64,000 bases of DNA, taken from NCBI RefSeq assembly GCF_018977255.1, contig NW_024704755.1, forward strand, positions 3,410,001-3,474,000. Reading direction: 5' to 3'. The stretch comes from Callorhinchus milii (taxonomy: Eukaryota). The notes under the pieces are model-generated. The model was given only the letters and a program-made list of their open reading frames with translations. It did not search any database and had not been told where the DNA came from. Of the stretch, positions 24,431 to 37,400 are shown piece after piece. The translations under genes and the position numbers were made by a program. Positions within the stretch are counted from its first letter, which is position 1; each line of letters opens with the position of its first letter.

Positions 24431-24571
24431 CATAGATTTAGTGAATTCTGGGGCATGGTCATTCTTGTCGTCAATGATGATAGTTGTTGTTGCTGTGCCA
24501 GTTAATCCCACATCACTGCCCGCCATGTCTTTGGCCTGGACTATCAATTCATACTTGCAGGTTTCCAGAGT
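24431..24571 (-). CDS. cdh13: Cadherin-13 internal coding exon (equivalent to exon 8), end of EC2
   Basis: 141 nt, ctttttcAG / GTAAGT. Translates [47 protein letters not shown] with the DKNDHAP interdomain motif. Phase 0 to 0. Confidence 0.97.
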
Positions 24572-24624
24572 CTGAAAAAGAGAAGCATCATAGCAATGAA
24601 ACATTAATCCACAGACATCATTGC

Positions 24625-24912
24625 TACAGATCACTTTGTGCCCTAGCAACTCCCTACATCTCCAACCTGTTGACATCCCACTCTTCGACTCGCCCCATCA
24701 GGCTATGCCCTCAAAACCTCTGTTACTCCCTGCCTCAATCCCGCCACCTCGCCCCCTCCTTTACCTGTCTTCACGTCATATTTGAAGACTTTCCTCTTCT
24801 ACTAGGCACCTCCCCCGTCTCCCCAGCTCGGAGTAAACTGCGCTACTGTTCAGTGCTGGGATGTGCCTACCCTAGTGAAGGGTATTGCATAGATGCAAGG
24901 TGTTGTTGTTGG
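24625..24912 (+). mobile_element. Diverged L2 3' end
   Basis: ccctacatctccaacctg...tttgaagactttcctcttc...gggatgtgcctaccctagtgaagggtattgcatagatgcaaggtgttgttgttgg. Confidence 0.7.
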
Positions 24913-24949
24913 ATAATAGAACTTCATTGGCATAATGCAGACTGAGTCA

Positions 24950-25160
24950 GCAGGACATGAGGACGAGTTGCAAAAGGCAATTTCAAGACAGAAGTTAGGA
25001 AGTGTTTCTTTACCTAGAGGGAAATTAACAACTGGGACAGGTTACCAGGAAGCGTGGGTGAGGCCAGGTCATTGGGCTCATTTCAAATGCAGGTAGAGTG
25101 AGTGGGTATGAGATTGAATGAACTGAAGTGTCTTCTTCATGTGAACTTCCCTTGTGATTG
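24950..25160 (+). mobile_element. CR1 3' remnant
   Basis: ttgcaaaaggcaatttcaagacagaagttaggaagtgtttctttacctagaggg...aactgggacaggttacca. Confidence 0.75.
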
Positions 25161-27639
25161 TGTGCTGTAGATTAGAAACAGTTACAGGCACAATCACATC
25201 CACGCCCACGCCATCTTCCTTCTATCTGCAATGGTTGCTGGTGCATTTGACAGTGTTATAGCTGATGCTTTCTCCCTATGCTCCAGAGGCAAATGAATCG
25301 TGGGGGCGATGGTGGTGTTGAGCCAGAGAAACGGCATCAATTGTAATCATTTCTGTCGTTGGCCGTAACAGTTTTTCTCTTTTTTTTAATCCTCGTTGAC
25401 TTGGGAGTGCTGATCGATAAGCAGTGCTGAGCTCCCTCTACATTTCAGAGGTCAACAGTGAGAGTCACATGCAGGTATATTACCTGCCTCAGTTTTAATG
25501 GTTTCATCAGTTAAAGAGACACACACACACACCTCTCCCGCTCCCCTTCCCCAGGCCAGCTCCTTAGCGATCCAATGCTGAGGAAATATATGTGGCATTT
25601 GCGAGCAAGTCTTGCTCTAATTGGGTCTGCTGGTGGATGCTCATGGCTTTACATTAATGGTTGTCATGGAGAAGTCTGTGGCACGAATCCTGGTCTAACT
25701 GAGAATGACCTGAACAATCATTTGCTGAAGCCATTTATTCTATCTCCTGTCATGCCAAAGAGCTTACTGTCGAACTTATATTAATAAAGCAGACGGCAGG
25801 AAAGGGACTCATTGCTCTTTCTTCACGATTGTAGCTGTGACTGAGGTGCACTTCAAAGGTTTTAGATGATACACAAAGCCCTTATGTATAGGCACAAGTA
25901 ATAAACTCTGCACATGAATGACACTTGTGAGAGAGAAGGGCAGGGAAGGCGGAAAGGGAAATCACTCAGACTTGTTGCTTCTGATTGATACCCAGCATTT
26001 CAATTGCACTGTGCATGCGTGAACATCGGGTAAGGCTAGAATCAGGGTCAGCTGTAATGGCTCAGTGTGGCTAAATACTCTAACAATACTCAGTGTCCTG
26101 GCAGAGACTCAAAACATTTTGGGGGAGAGAAAGCAGAACGCTGTTTCCACTTTGTGGCAATGTATCACAACATGAAGCATGACCTTTTACATAAGGAGGG
26201 GGGCACTCGGAGTAAGCTTCAATGTTAAGGCCATTTTGTCTGGAAAGTTAAGACAGCGCTGAGCAGTGGAAGAGTCATAAATTGAGGTTTAATTTGGAAG
26301 CTGGGTTTCCGCAGCGTTTCTCAAACAGAAGCAGCCACTAAATTAAGACAAATTGAAAACATTTCCACACTTCCGTGCAATTTTAAAGTTCAGGACCAAA
26401 AGGTGACGGATGATGGGATGAGATGCAATTGCAGGTCTCCTGCTGTGAATAATTGCAATTTTGACCCTTACGTCGAAATTACATCCTTGGCATTCAGATA
26501 GCTGTAAATTGGACTGGAGAGGTAGTCCGTCAAATGAATGATTTCTTTCACTAAGGTTACTGAACTTAAAACAAAATGTAGAAAAAGTGGTTAGAATATG
26601 CAGAGCTGATCAGTTTCGATATTAAATGTAAAATTGAGGTTAGAATAAAACAGGACAGAGAAGAAAAACTAAAAGAGGAATAAATATGCTAAAAATAAAA
26701 TTGGTTTTACTTCTATTTGAACTTCAATCTAGAGTCAGTGATGGAGAAATAAAGCTACTGATAATGGTTAAGGAACTTTATTACCCTTCGTGTCAGTGTT
26801 TCAACAAGTGAGCTGACAATAGCTGACCCAGGGATGTTATAATAATCCTCGCACTTGATTGAGTGCCTTATCACGTCATTAAGAAGTCTCAAAGCTCTTC
26901 ACGGGATTTTACTGTGAAGTGTAGTGACTGTATTTTGCACACAGCTAGTTTTCACACAGCAACTTCCCACAAACAGCTATGCAGTGAATAATCAAGTTCA
27001 TCTCGGGGCACTGGTGAATTTCCCAGCACCGTTCAGCTGTACAACACATCAAATTAAAAATAAAATCATGTGATTTCTACATATAATTTGGAAGCATTCC
27101 AAACTCCTTAATTATCTTCCTTCGGTGTCTGATTCCCCAACGTGATGGTAATGCTCCATATGCCAACATATTCCCAGCACATATGTTGCACTGCACATTT
27201 AAACTTTGTAAAAAAGTTAACAAGGTTCTCCAGCTATTAACAAAGCTGGAACATCAGAAGTTGACAGTGAGTGGAAGTAAGAATGCCAGAGAGGGTTAGT
27301 GCCAGAATCCGTGGGTACTAGCTCCAGCCATGTGTACTGGCGTTGAATTCACTCCTAAATGATGGACTAAAAGTCTCTTCCGATTGATGGCTCTCAGGGT
27401 CCTATGTGACATGAGATTTGGAGTAATCTCAAGCCAGTTTTGAATTTGTGCTTGCTCAAAACCCTTCCTGATTTGGTCCTCCGATGTGAAAGGCACAACA
27501 TAAATTGCAAGCATTATCGAATTATCATTTTATGAAGCCAGGCCAATTCGATAAATTTACTGACCTTAGTGTTGTGCACACCATCATTCCCTTACTTATC
27601 AGCAGCATTGTTACCTTCACAGCGTACGTTTCTGGTAGG

Positions 27640-27982
27640 ATTTCCAATTAAACCACAAGGAGCCAGAAGAGGTGGTAATTTTACCTCCAGTAGCAAATAA
27701 TGGGAGATCGCTGTCGGGATCGGAAGATTTACCAACAAGTGGAGCAACACACCCAGTGTGCTTTACCTCAACCCTCAGCAAATCATTTCACGCTGAACAC
27801 CATCCACCGCTCTTCCATCCCCTTGAGTGAGATTGTCAATTTCGGTGCCAATTTATGCTCTTGGTCTGCCAACCACTGGGAAGTGATTGCCTGAACGCAT
27901 TGCACATGGGAACCTAATGGCTGGCTGAGTCGATTTCAAACCCAGGTCACAGAGACGATGGGAGCGTGCTCCAACTCATTGA
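27640..27982 (-). mobile_element. Highly diverged ancient tRNA-headed SINE, possibly LF-SINE-like
   Basis: Minus strand gggactaactggcc...ctctgtgacctgggtttgaaatcgactcagcc resembles a decayed tRNA-derived head. The family is uncertain. Confidence 0.3.
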
Positions 27983-28671
27983 AAAGGCCAGTTAGTCCCT
28001 TGTATTTTTCAATCGCGCTGACTGGTTCATTTTAACTTAATATTTTAAAATTGAATGCACGAGTGCGATAAGAAAAGAAAAAGATTGAATTATGGAAAAT
28101 TTACAAATCTCTCTCTCATTTCATTTTCATAAATGGATTAGATAACCTGTTGGAATGGCTGTATGTATTACCAGACTTTTAACTATCAGCCTAATCTCCC
28201 CTTCCAAAAAAAGACTGGTCATTTTAGCACAAGTGGGATTACACAGCTTGGCATCATGCAGTCCTAAATATATCCGAAGGATATTAACTTAAGAAGCTCA
28301 ACTGTTAAAATATTCAGTAACTACAAGGCGATAAATTAGCTTGGAGCAGCAGCAAAGTATTTTGCAAATCATTGGTCAAATAGTCAAGGTATTTGAACCA
28401 TCAGATGTCAGGATTAAATTTCCACCTACTCTGAGCTGCAAAGACTATTTTGCCTTAAGGCAAATTTAAGATCACTCAGAAATTTGAACGATTCTTCGAG
28501 TTCAGTTTTAATTTGGAAGCTGTTTTTTTGCAACTCTTACAAAAAACAAGATTTCTCCCAAAATTCTGTGCGTTCTAAAATTTTTAAGACAAAATGATCC
28601 TAAGAGCTAATTTCAGTTCAGCTGTTTCTTTTCCTCTTCAATTTTATCTTCTCCTCCTTCTCACATACATT

Positions 28672-28995
28672 CAATGGTTCACCTGAAGGCATTTATGAGT
28701 TTAAATGGGATTGAGAAAGTAAACAGAGAACATTGCTTTTGGGCGCATTCAATTGGGGAGAACAAGAGGTTCAGGGCCCCAAAGGGCAATTTCAGGACAG
28801 ACACCAGGAAGTATTTCTTTACCTGGGGGGCAACTATCGACTGGAGCAGGTTGACAAGGAAGGTGGTTGAGGCCAGGACACTGCATTCACTTAAAGAACA
28901 GTTCAAAGCTGCGATAGGAAGATGGTAGGTTGGGTATCCTGGAAGGATGAGGTCAAATAAGCTGTAGCATCTTTTTCATCCAAACCAATCTTGTG
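28672..28995 (+). mobile_element. CR1 ORF2 C-terminal remnant plus 3' UTR
   Basis: ORF 28674-28928 contains KGNFRTDTRKYFFT...WSRL...VVEARTL.SLKEQ, a typical CR1 ORF2 end. Confidence 0.85.
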
Positions 28996-30647
28996 CCCAA
29001 TTTTAGCTGCAACTGCCCCCCCCATTCACACACACACCCTTTACTGCCCCACTTAAGATCAATTAACTCAGTACAAAATGTGGTTGAACCTGGGATCTAC
29101 ACGGATTAGCTACTCACCAGATCAACTCCCCCAAATCACTAGGGGATCTGAGGCCGACAATTTCCTTTTGTTGTAGATTTCCAGAGAAAGTTTACGCAAT
29201 TACAGCAGGAAAAAAACATTTGTTCCCCCCACCCCTCTTTCTCTTCCACCCCTTTCCCCTCTCGCCCCCACCACCCTCCCCAACCCAAACACTCAATAAA
29301 TTACCACAACAGTCAATCTCCATCCCTGTGACTGACACAAATACTTTCTGGTCTGGGAAACAGGGCAAATCAAGTTTGACATGTTTTTATCTCGAGGACT
29401 GAGTGCTGCAGTTTGTCAGCATTAGCATTCTTGTCATTTCTCTGTCACCTGCCGCATGCTATTAGCGATTCCATGTTTGCAGACATATAAAGGCCAAGAG
29501 CTCATCCTTTTTTCCACTCCCCCCCCCGCCCACCAAGATTTACAGGATGCTGACAGCAGCCAGCTGCATCTGCTGAACTTGATGGAAGTAGAAGATAAGT
29601 GGGGAGTGTGTGCAGCTCAGACAAAACTAACAGTATTTTCAAATCAGATTCGGAATTCGTTAATGTTCCAGTTAAGCAATAACTACATTGCATTACCGGC
29701 TGCCTCGCTTGCAATCTTGCACACTGAATTTTCAGGCAAGTAATAATAATAATAATAATATTTGGTTTGAGATATCCCCTCTAATGCGAAACGTCTCAAA
29801 GCCCCTCGTTAGTAATCACAGTCGAACCCAGTGACTGTATTTGTAGGCAAGCGAGGCAGTCATTTCCCTACAACACACAGCCATGAAGTGAACGATCCAT
29901 TTATTTGAAGGAGTGAGCGTCAGCCAGGAAAACTGTGAGCATTTCCCTTCTCGTTTTGAATAACAACAACGGGATCCTTAACGCCCTCTTGAAACAGGTA
30001 GACGGAATCGTGGCTTAACATCTTAACGTGGCATGTGTCGCAATGCAACGCTCCAACAATGCAGCTCTGAACCACAGCTGAGAAATTTCCCAAAAAGTGA
30101 CATTCGAGTAACGTTAGGGTATATAATCTCGTTGCTGAACCCTTTGCGAATACCGCGACAGCATGCACTTTGCACGCCAATCCCAATCTGGCAAAAAGCT
30201 TTGTGCGTTTATAGCTGCGGCTTCTGCTTTAAAGCAAACCTGAAGTATGGGCTTTCCCTGGGCAGGGGGAGTGGGGGGTGGGGGGGTGGGGAAAGAGAAG
30301 GAAAAACATGTTTGTGAATCCGCAGGCAGAGAAATATGTTCGTTAAGTACTAATATTACCATATCAGGCTTTATACATGTCCAATGTGCTTATGAGAACA
30401 GCCAAGCAGTGACTAATGCCATTACAATCTGTAGCAGACAGATTGTGCTGTTGGATTGCAACAGATGTTATTACAAATGGTCTGAAGGCCTTTTTAAAAA
30501 CAAAAAAATTTGGAACGTCAAGCACTCGGCTGTCCTACTTTCTGTCTGCTTTCCTCTGCTCAAATCAAGGCGCTTCCTTCTCGATGGGTACACAATCGCA
30601 GGAGGACTCAGGGCACCAGGAGGAAGAGAAAACTGGGACCCACTCGG

Positions 30648-31102
30648 TATAATAAAATTCCTTGCATTTTGATATAACGCTGTTCACAACAGGAGGACTT
30701 CTCAAAGCACTTATTATTGTCAAGTTAAGTGACTGTTCGTTTATTGTGTAGGCGAAGGCAGCAGTCAATTTGCGCACAGCAAAGTCCCACAGCCAGCCAT
30801 GAATTGAGTGGCCATGAATGAATTATCTGGAGGATAAAATTGGCAAAGACACCGGGAGAAACTCTCTCCTCTTTTTGAGTAGTGCTACAGGATCGTTAAC
30901 ATCCACCTGATTTAATCACAGACAGGGAAGCTCAGTTTAATGTCTAATCCAAAGGATGGCACCTCCACCAATGCAGCACATCCCCAGTACTGCACTGGAG
31001 CATCCGCCTGCAGGTTGCATGAACTCAAAGTGTCAACATGGCTTGAACCCACAACCATCTGACTCAGAGGAGAGAGAGCTACTCACTGAGCCAGGCTGGC
31101 AC
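30648..31102 (-). mobile_element. Full-length Deu-domain SINE
   Basis: Minus strand: tggctcagtgagtagc...ctctgagtcagatggttgtgggttcaagcc, core ggaggtgccatcctttggattagacattaaac, body and shared tail. Confidence 0.85.
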
Positions 31103-32028
31103 CTGACATTTCATCAGGACAAACTGGATTGGTGACAAATTGGTCTATCTATCATCAATAAGGCAGGTGGGGAAAGACCTGGAGAGTAGCATTAATATAA
31201 AAATGGAGCAAATTTGAAAAACAAAGCTAGGAGTGGCACGACACGATGGGCTGACTGGCCCCCTTCTGTGCTGAAAAATTTGTTGCATTTATAAGTGGCT
31301 CGACTTCGAAAGCAGTACAGTATATGGGGAAAGAACATTATTGCTCTCCGAAATCCTAGGTCTCTTTTCTGGTCCACAATGATATTCAGTTTATATATAA
31401 AAGAAACAGCAACCACCTTCTTTGTACATCTGATACGAAAATGATAAAAACAGGAACGCGGCCTAACTCAACACTCAGATCATCGGTTAGGAAGCNAAAA
31501 AGATGGCTGTTTTACACACATTCATTCAAGGTTTTGCGAGGGATCCGTTCCACGGCTTGGGTTAGATGGAATCCGTTCCATGATGGCCAAGAGGTGGTGA
31601 GAGTGATTTGCTATCCCTTTCCCAGTACGGTATTGCCAAAGATACCCCTGCTTCCTTCTGTGCCATGATTTTCACCCACCTCTTTCATCCTACTCACCTG
31701 CCTTTCACACCGTGACTGTGCATTGAGATGTTTCGAGACAGTTCTCCCTTTCTTTTTGCAACTGTGTATTTACCCAAACCTGTTTTGACAGCCAGACCTT
31801 TCACCTTGGCTCCTGCCTCTGACTTAGAGTTAATCCATCCTTCTCTTTCGGAGGCTGTTTGCCCAGCTGCACGTTAGCTATATTTCTCATTATTTAAGGC
31901 TAGAAAGCGTGTCGCTTTATTACTGCCCAGTGGCAAAGGGGACAATAACATTTTTTATGATTTGCTCCCAGTCAACAAGGCAGACAACTAAGATGTAGTG
32001 ATGAAGAACTCTAAGCCAAGGTGGAATT

Positions 32029-32313
32029 GGAGTCCTGTAGCTCAGTGGTTAGAGCACTTGCTTTGCAAGCGAGAGACCTGGGTTCGATTCCCAGCTGGGT
32101 GAAACCTTGGGCAACTTTCCTTACTCCACACGCCTGATAATAATCCCTCAAGAAAAAAAACAATAATAAATTGGTCACTTCATTCATTGGCTGCCGCGTT
32201 TCGCCCGCAAATATACAATCAATTCACTTTACAGTCTATTCTGTGAAGCGCTTTGAGACGTCGAGAAGACGTGAAAAGCGCTATATCAAATGCAAGGATT
32301 ATTATTATTATTA
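32029..32313 (+). mobile_element. Young tRNA-Ala-like-headed SINE (short form) with intact Pol III boxes
   Basis: GGAGTCCTGTAGCTCAGTGG (A-box)...TTTGCAA...GGTTCGATTCC (B-box), then ccttgggcaactttccttactccacacgcct, the shared tail and (TTA)n. Confidence 0.92.
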
Positions 32314-32499
32314 CTAATTTTGGATCTCTGATTATGGTGCAGTGCAGCACACAACCACAGTCTCTCATCAAGTGGTGCACAATGTAATAGGGAGTGAGCA
32401 AGTGTGTGAGGAGAGGTCAAGTAATCGATGGAGATCACAACTGATCAATATATTTCAATTAGACAACTGCTGCATGTGTCGTTGAACACTCCTGTGAGG

Positions 32500-32995
32500 G
32501 TAATCATCATAATCTTTGCATTTAAAGCGGAGTCTATAACATCCAAAGCACTTCACAGCTGATACCGTTAAGTGTAGTGATTGTATTTTGTAGGCAGATG
32601 CGGGAGCCAATTTGTGCACATCAATGGCCCATTAAAAAAAAAAGCCATGCAATGAATGACTAATCTTATCTGGGCAATTGTTGGCCAAGGTGACTGTGAG
32701 AAAATCCCTTCTCTTTTCAAGTAGCAAAATGGGAATCTTTAACATCCACCGGAACAAGCAGATAGGACCTTAATTCAACCTCCAGCACTTTGGGATGTCC
32801 TTCTGATGTGAAAGGTGCTATACAAGTGTAATTTGTTGTTGTTGTTGTCGCATCCAAAGGACAACACCTCTGTAAAGCTCCTCCAGCCCTGCGAATGGGG
32901 CGTCAGTCTTGGACTCCAAAGTCCCGATGTGGGGCTTGAACTCACAACCTTCTGAAGGAAAGGCGAGAGTGCTACTAACTGTCCCAGGCTGAACA
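32500..32995 (-). mobile_element. Deu-domain SINE interrupted by a plus-strand L2 tail (~32780-32848)
   Basis: SINE head at ~32930-32995 and body/tail at 32500-32775 flank ccagcactttgggatgtccttctgatgtgaaaggtgctatacaagtgtaatttgttgttgttg. Confidence 0.75.
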
Positions 32996-34453
32996 CCTAC
33001 AGTCTAAGGAAAACAAAAGAATCACAGCCATTGTATACTCCAAAGATTCAGCCGATTCCAAGCGAGGAATTCTTGAAGCGGGAATCGATTGCAAGACTTG
33101 GCCAGTCATTGCGTTGCTATGGTGACTGCAGTTCACACACCCGGGCAAACCGTTTGCTTTGCTTCCAAAAGCCTGAAGCAAACGGGAGAATATTGGAATC
33201 CGGCCACTTCTATATTAAAAAAGCTTTTCTGAATCGAACTGATCGACGGAGCCTCAAAAAAGTCAGCACCGAGCATTTACACAACTCACTAGTCAGCTTC
33301 CTGGCGACTGCTTTGTGTGATCGAGGTTTAAGCAGAACACGTGCCCCATTATCTACTGCACAGCTCGGCTGACACTCACTGTAACCTGCTGTTTCCTCGC
33401 ACCTACTTTCAGATGCTTTCTCCTCTCTTGGAAGATTTCACGTCAATTAAAGTATTGGAAGATACAGGGCGAAGAAGTTCCACCCGGGTCAAGATTTACT
33501 CTGCGTCACATTCCGGGCATCCAGAATTCGGTAAATTCTTAAAAACAGCCTTTGTAATTTTGAATAATAATACAAATAGTAATCCTTGCACTTGGTACAG
33601 TGCCTTTCACATCGGGAGGACATCTTAAAGCACTTCACCGAATTTACTGTTAAGTGGAGTGACTGCGTTTTGGGCAAATGCAGCAGCCAATGTGCACACA
33701 TCAATTAATAGTACAATTAATAGAAGGGATGGAAGAATATATTGGTATCTTTGTATGTTTACATTCAAAACAACCCTAGCCAGACCTGCCCCCAAGTTGC
33801 TAGAGTGAATTCCGTGAAGGAATAGGTTTTACATAGAGTGAAGCAAGTATGTTGGGCCAAACATTCAATGAATTTTGATATTCTAAGTCTGATCCAAGGC
33901 TCCCCGCTCTGTGCCAAAGCAATAAATTTCAATTCATATATTTTTTGCGGAGATTTTCAATTCCACATGTCTCGGCTGTATTTGAACTCACGTCTCTCAG
34001 GCGTGATAGCACAGCAGTCAACATCACATCTGTCTACAGTACCAGAGCTTGGTTCACATCCAAACAGGTCTGGCACAAAGCCTGAACTGAGAAGCTGAGA
34101 GACTCTGCAAAAGCACATTAGCGGGAGGAAAGCATCGTTCTTATTAACGTTAAATTACCCTCTGAAAACGTGGCAATTCAGATATGAAAAACCTTGAAAA
34201 GAAAATAGGCTTGGAAAGAGTTACAACAGTATTGGCAGATTTTATGTGGGATCTTATCTATATCATAAAAAACAGCTTAATTGGGCATAGAAACTCAATA
34301 TTTACCGTGAATACAGGATAATGGAATTTTCATTTTCTGCATTCAATTCTTATTTCTTTTTAAATATACTTCAGTTTCCCCCTTTACGCCTTATTTAATT
34401 CAGAATTTAAACATCCCTTTTTCAATTTACCTTTTGCTTTCTCAACCGTGCAA

Positions 34454-34486
<33 letters not shown>
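34454..34486. repeat. (CT)n microsatellite
   Basis: Seen directly. Confidence 0.9.
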
Positions 34487-34487
<1 letters not shown>

Positions 34488-37400
34488 GTTCTTCGCTCAT
34501 CGCAACCCTTGATCAATTACACCTTAGCGCCTGCTTCCTGAAAGATTTTCTTTTCAAAAAAAATTGCCCAACAGTTTGTAAAATAAGACCATTCTTAATC
34601 CAGATAAATGGTTCCCCGCAAACTCTCGCTGTTCTGCCCCAATAATCTGACACCGCTATGTGAAATACCAAGAGATACCCAGGCAATTTGATTGATGTAA
34701 GGTTTTGATGCAATCACTCAGACATTCAAGATGCAGATTTGATTTTAATACTGGGCAGATTTCAGGTGTGTTTTTTGTTTGAAAGAGAAATAACTGGATG
34801 CAGGATATATCTGGCCAAAATATAGCGAATGCTCCACAGCGTATCACAGAGAGACGCTTGTTAAAGTTCCCAATGCACAAGGCAATGTTCCACAAACGCC
34901 CATGAAGCCGATGACCAATTTTATCTGAGGTTAGATGGCACCCCGGCGGAAACTCCCTTCTCTTTTCCAATAGTAATGTCTTTGGCTGGCCATCAAAATA
35001 ATCATCGAAATACCTGTAACAAAATTGCCTGAATTTATGCCCTAAACCAAGAAATATTCAATCAAGAAATATTTATTTTGTTGGCCAACCAAAGGGCCAC
35101 CACTGGCCTAGGCTATGTGGGGTCAAAACCCTGACGTGTGGCTTGAAGCCCCAACCTTCTGACTCTGATTGTTACCAACTGAGCAACTTATCCCCACGGC
35201 TCGAGTTTCATACTTGATTACTCTTGTTTGGTGAAACACACCAGTTATCTGTCAGGCCTCCTGGCAGAGTGCTTTGTGTTAGCACTGTAGAGTGTCACGT
35301 GTTGAGGAAAAACAGGATAAAAAGTTGTATCTGCACACAAGTGCACCAAGTTCTGTATGTGCAGTTAGCGGTTACTTGTGTTGTACAGTAAGACTAGAAA
35401 GGTTAACGTTTACACTGAAATACTGATCTTAACACCTGCTCCCTGGGTATTTCTTTGTAAGGTGATGTTTCTGCTGACCCTTGCTCAGCGACCTCATTGA
35501 AATTCATTCACAGAGCTTGACAACCACTGCCTTCCTCTTCAAATCTGGTATAAAATAAACCTACGGAGGCTTAAAGTGCTGCTGATGTGCTTCCATCCTT
35601 CTCTTCCCTTCATTTTTAACTAAAGGTTGCTTTGTATCTGTTTGTATGTAAAGTAAAAGCATGTCGGGGGTGGAAATGCGCTGAAGGAAATCTTTGGTGT
35701 GTTTCAGATGCACTCAGAATAATTCTGAAGTTAAAATGGACTAGAAGTGGCTGGAGATTACTCATAAAGCTAATCTGTCTATTCCAGTCTCCCACAGACT
35801 CTCTCTATCCATAAACCAACCCTTACTTATCAATAAAAAGACAGACCTACATATTGCATTCCTTGGAGTCATAGGAGATTCCAGTAGTCTCAGATATGTT
35901 TGGACCTTAGGCTAGAAACAAAATTGAAAAGCTGAAAGAAAAATTGTACTTATTCCTCTGAGGAGTTGTTTAGATGTTTACTGATCTGGCTGGCGGTATA
36001 TGTTAGAGTTTATGCGGACCTTAGGAGTACCTAAATCTTGAATGAGAGCCAATGAATGTGTGTAGCCTGCCAGGTGTTTTTCAATTGCTTTAGGGGAAAG
36101 GAGTCGGATTTTAAATCGATCTGGGATATGGAAATGGATTTTGCTGAGGTAAAGATCTATGTTAATTCAATACTAAACATTGCACCAATCCAGCTGTTTA
36201 GAGGGGGTGCAAATCGATGTGGACATGGAAGAGTGTGTACTGCCAATCCTCTTTGTCGTCCTAACTGAATGAGAGATGGAATTGGCAAGACTTGAGGCAT
36301 ATTAAACAGAGTCTGTAGGTAAACGTAGGCGTTCTCAGATGATCAGAATATGAAGCTACAAAATATACAGTGGAGCTGAACCTCTCTCTTGAACTTGTGC
36401 TAGAATATAGCAATAGTAGCAGGAAGCAGACAGAGAAATAGGGAAGAGAGGACAAGAGAGAGCGATGACAGGATGAGCGGTGGGTACATTTTAATAAAAA
36501 TGTTTTATACCCGTTTAAAATTCTATTTATTTCAGTGATGTAAGGTTAATATTACATTAATAAAAGTACCCTGACATTTGAGTAGCTTTAAGTGCCTTTA
36601 TGTTCATATCGTACTTGGCTTCACAGTGCGTTAGCTAAATAAAACACAGAATAGGTTGGCCCACAGAAACAGAACTCACTGTAGAACTGCCAGCACTCCA
36701 AGGATTAATACGTGGGATCCTTAGGCTTCCCATTGTTTCATCTGCTCAGAGCCTCGGATGGTAATTGCTTTATTCTGTTAATCAATAGCATTCCCAACTT
36801 TGGCTATATCCTTTTAAAGTGAGGTCACGCTTTTCACGATCGATCCTTCAATGGACGAAAGTCGAGGTGGAACAAGAGCAAATGCAATTCAGAAAGGAGA
36901 AAGAGTTTCTTAACAATATCGTGGGAAAAAGACTTAAATTTCTGCCTTTTCAATGCGCCAGGTCTCTGCTGTAAATATTCCTGTGCTGGATAATTACACA
37001 AGTAATGGTAAGTCTAGGCCAGTTACTTAAAAGGTGGTTTAAGCTCTTCATACTTGGTTACCCTATAAACTGCAATTAATCTAGTGCGTGTGCCATAATG
37101 ATGAAATACATTAGTGACAAATTATGGGCTCTCAGGCATTTTTTTAGGGAAGAAAATATGCCTATTAGAAACTCCAATACAAAGGCTAAGGACCATTAAT
37201 TGCCTTTTAAAGCTTCTTTTGGATTTGGCTCTGAGCTTTCTACAGTTTGAGGGGGTGGGGCAGAACCACGGTGCAGTGTCACTGCATTAATCATACAGGT
37301 GGAAAGTAATTATTCTGCGGGATGTTACCAAGTTGCCGTGGTTTGCACCACAGGACTCCCAGGTTGCTAATGAGAGGACCATTTGGCTGGACTATTTTAT

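Noticed and set aside
9739-31496. Single N bases at 9739, 15642 and 31496
   Set aside because: Each abuts an A or T homopolymer, consistent with base-calling ambiguity in the assembly rather than biology.
32029-32100. tRNA-Ala gene (also at 58373 and 42165-42234)
   Set aside because: No 3' acceptor-stem strand complementary to GGAGTCC, and the sequence runs directly into the SINE body and tail. These are SINE heads.
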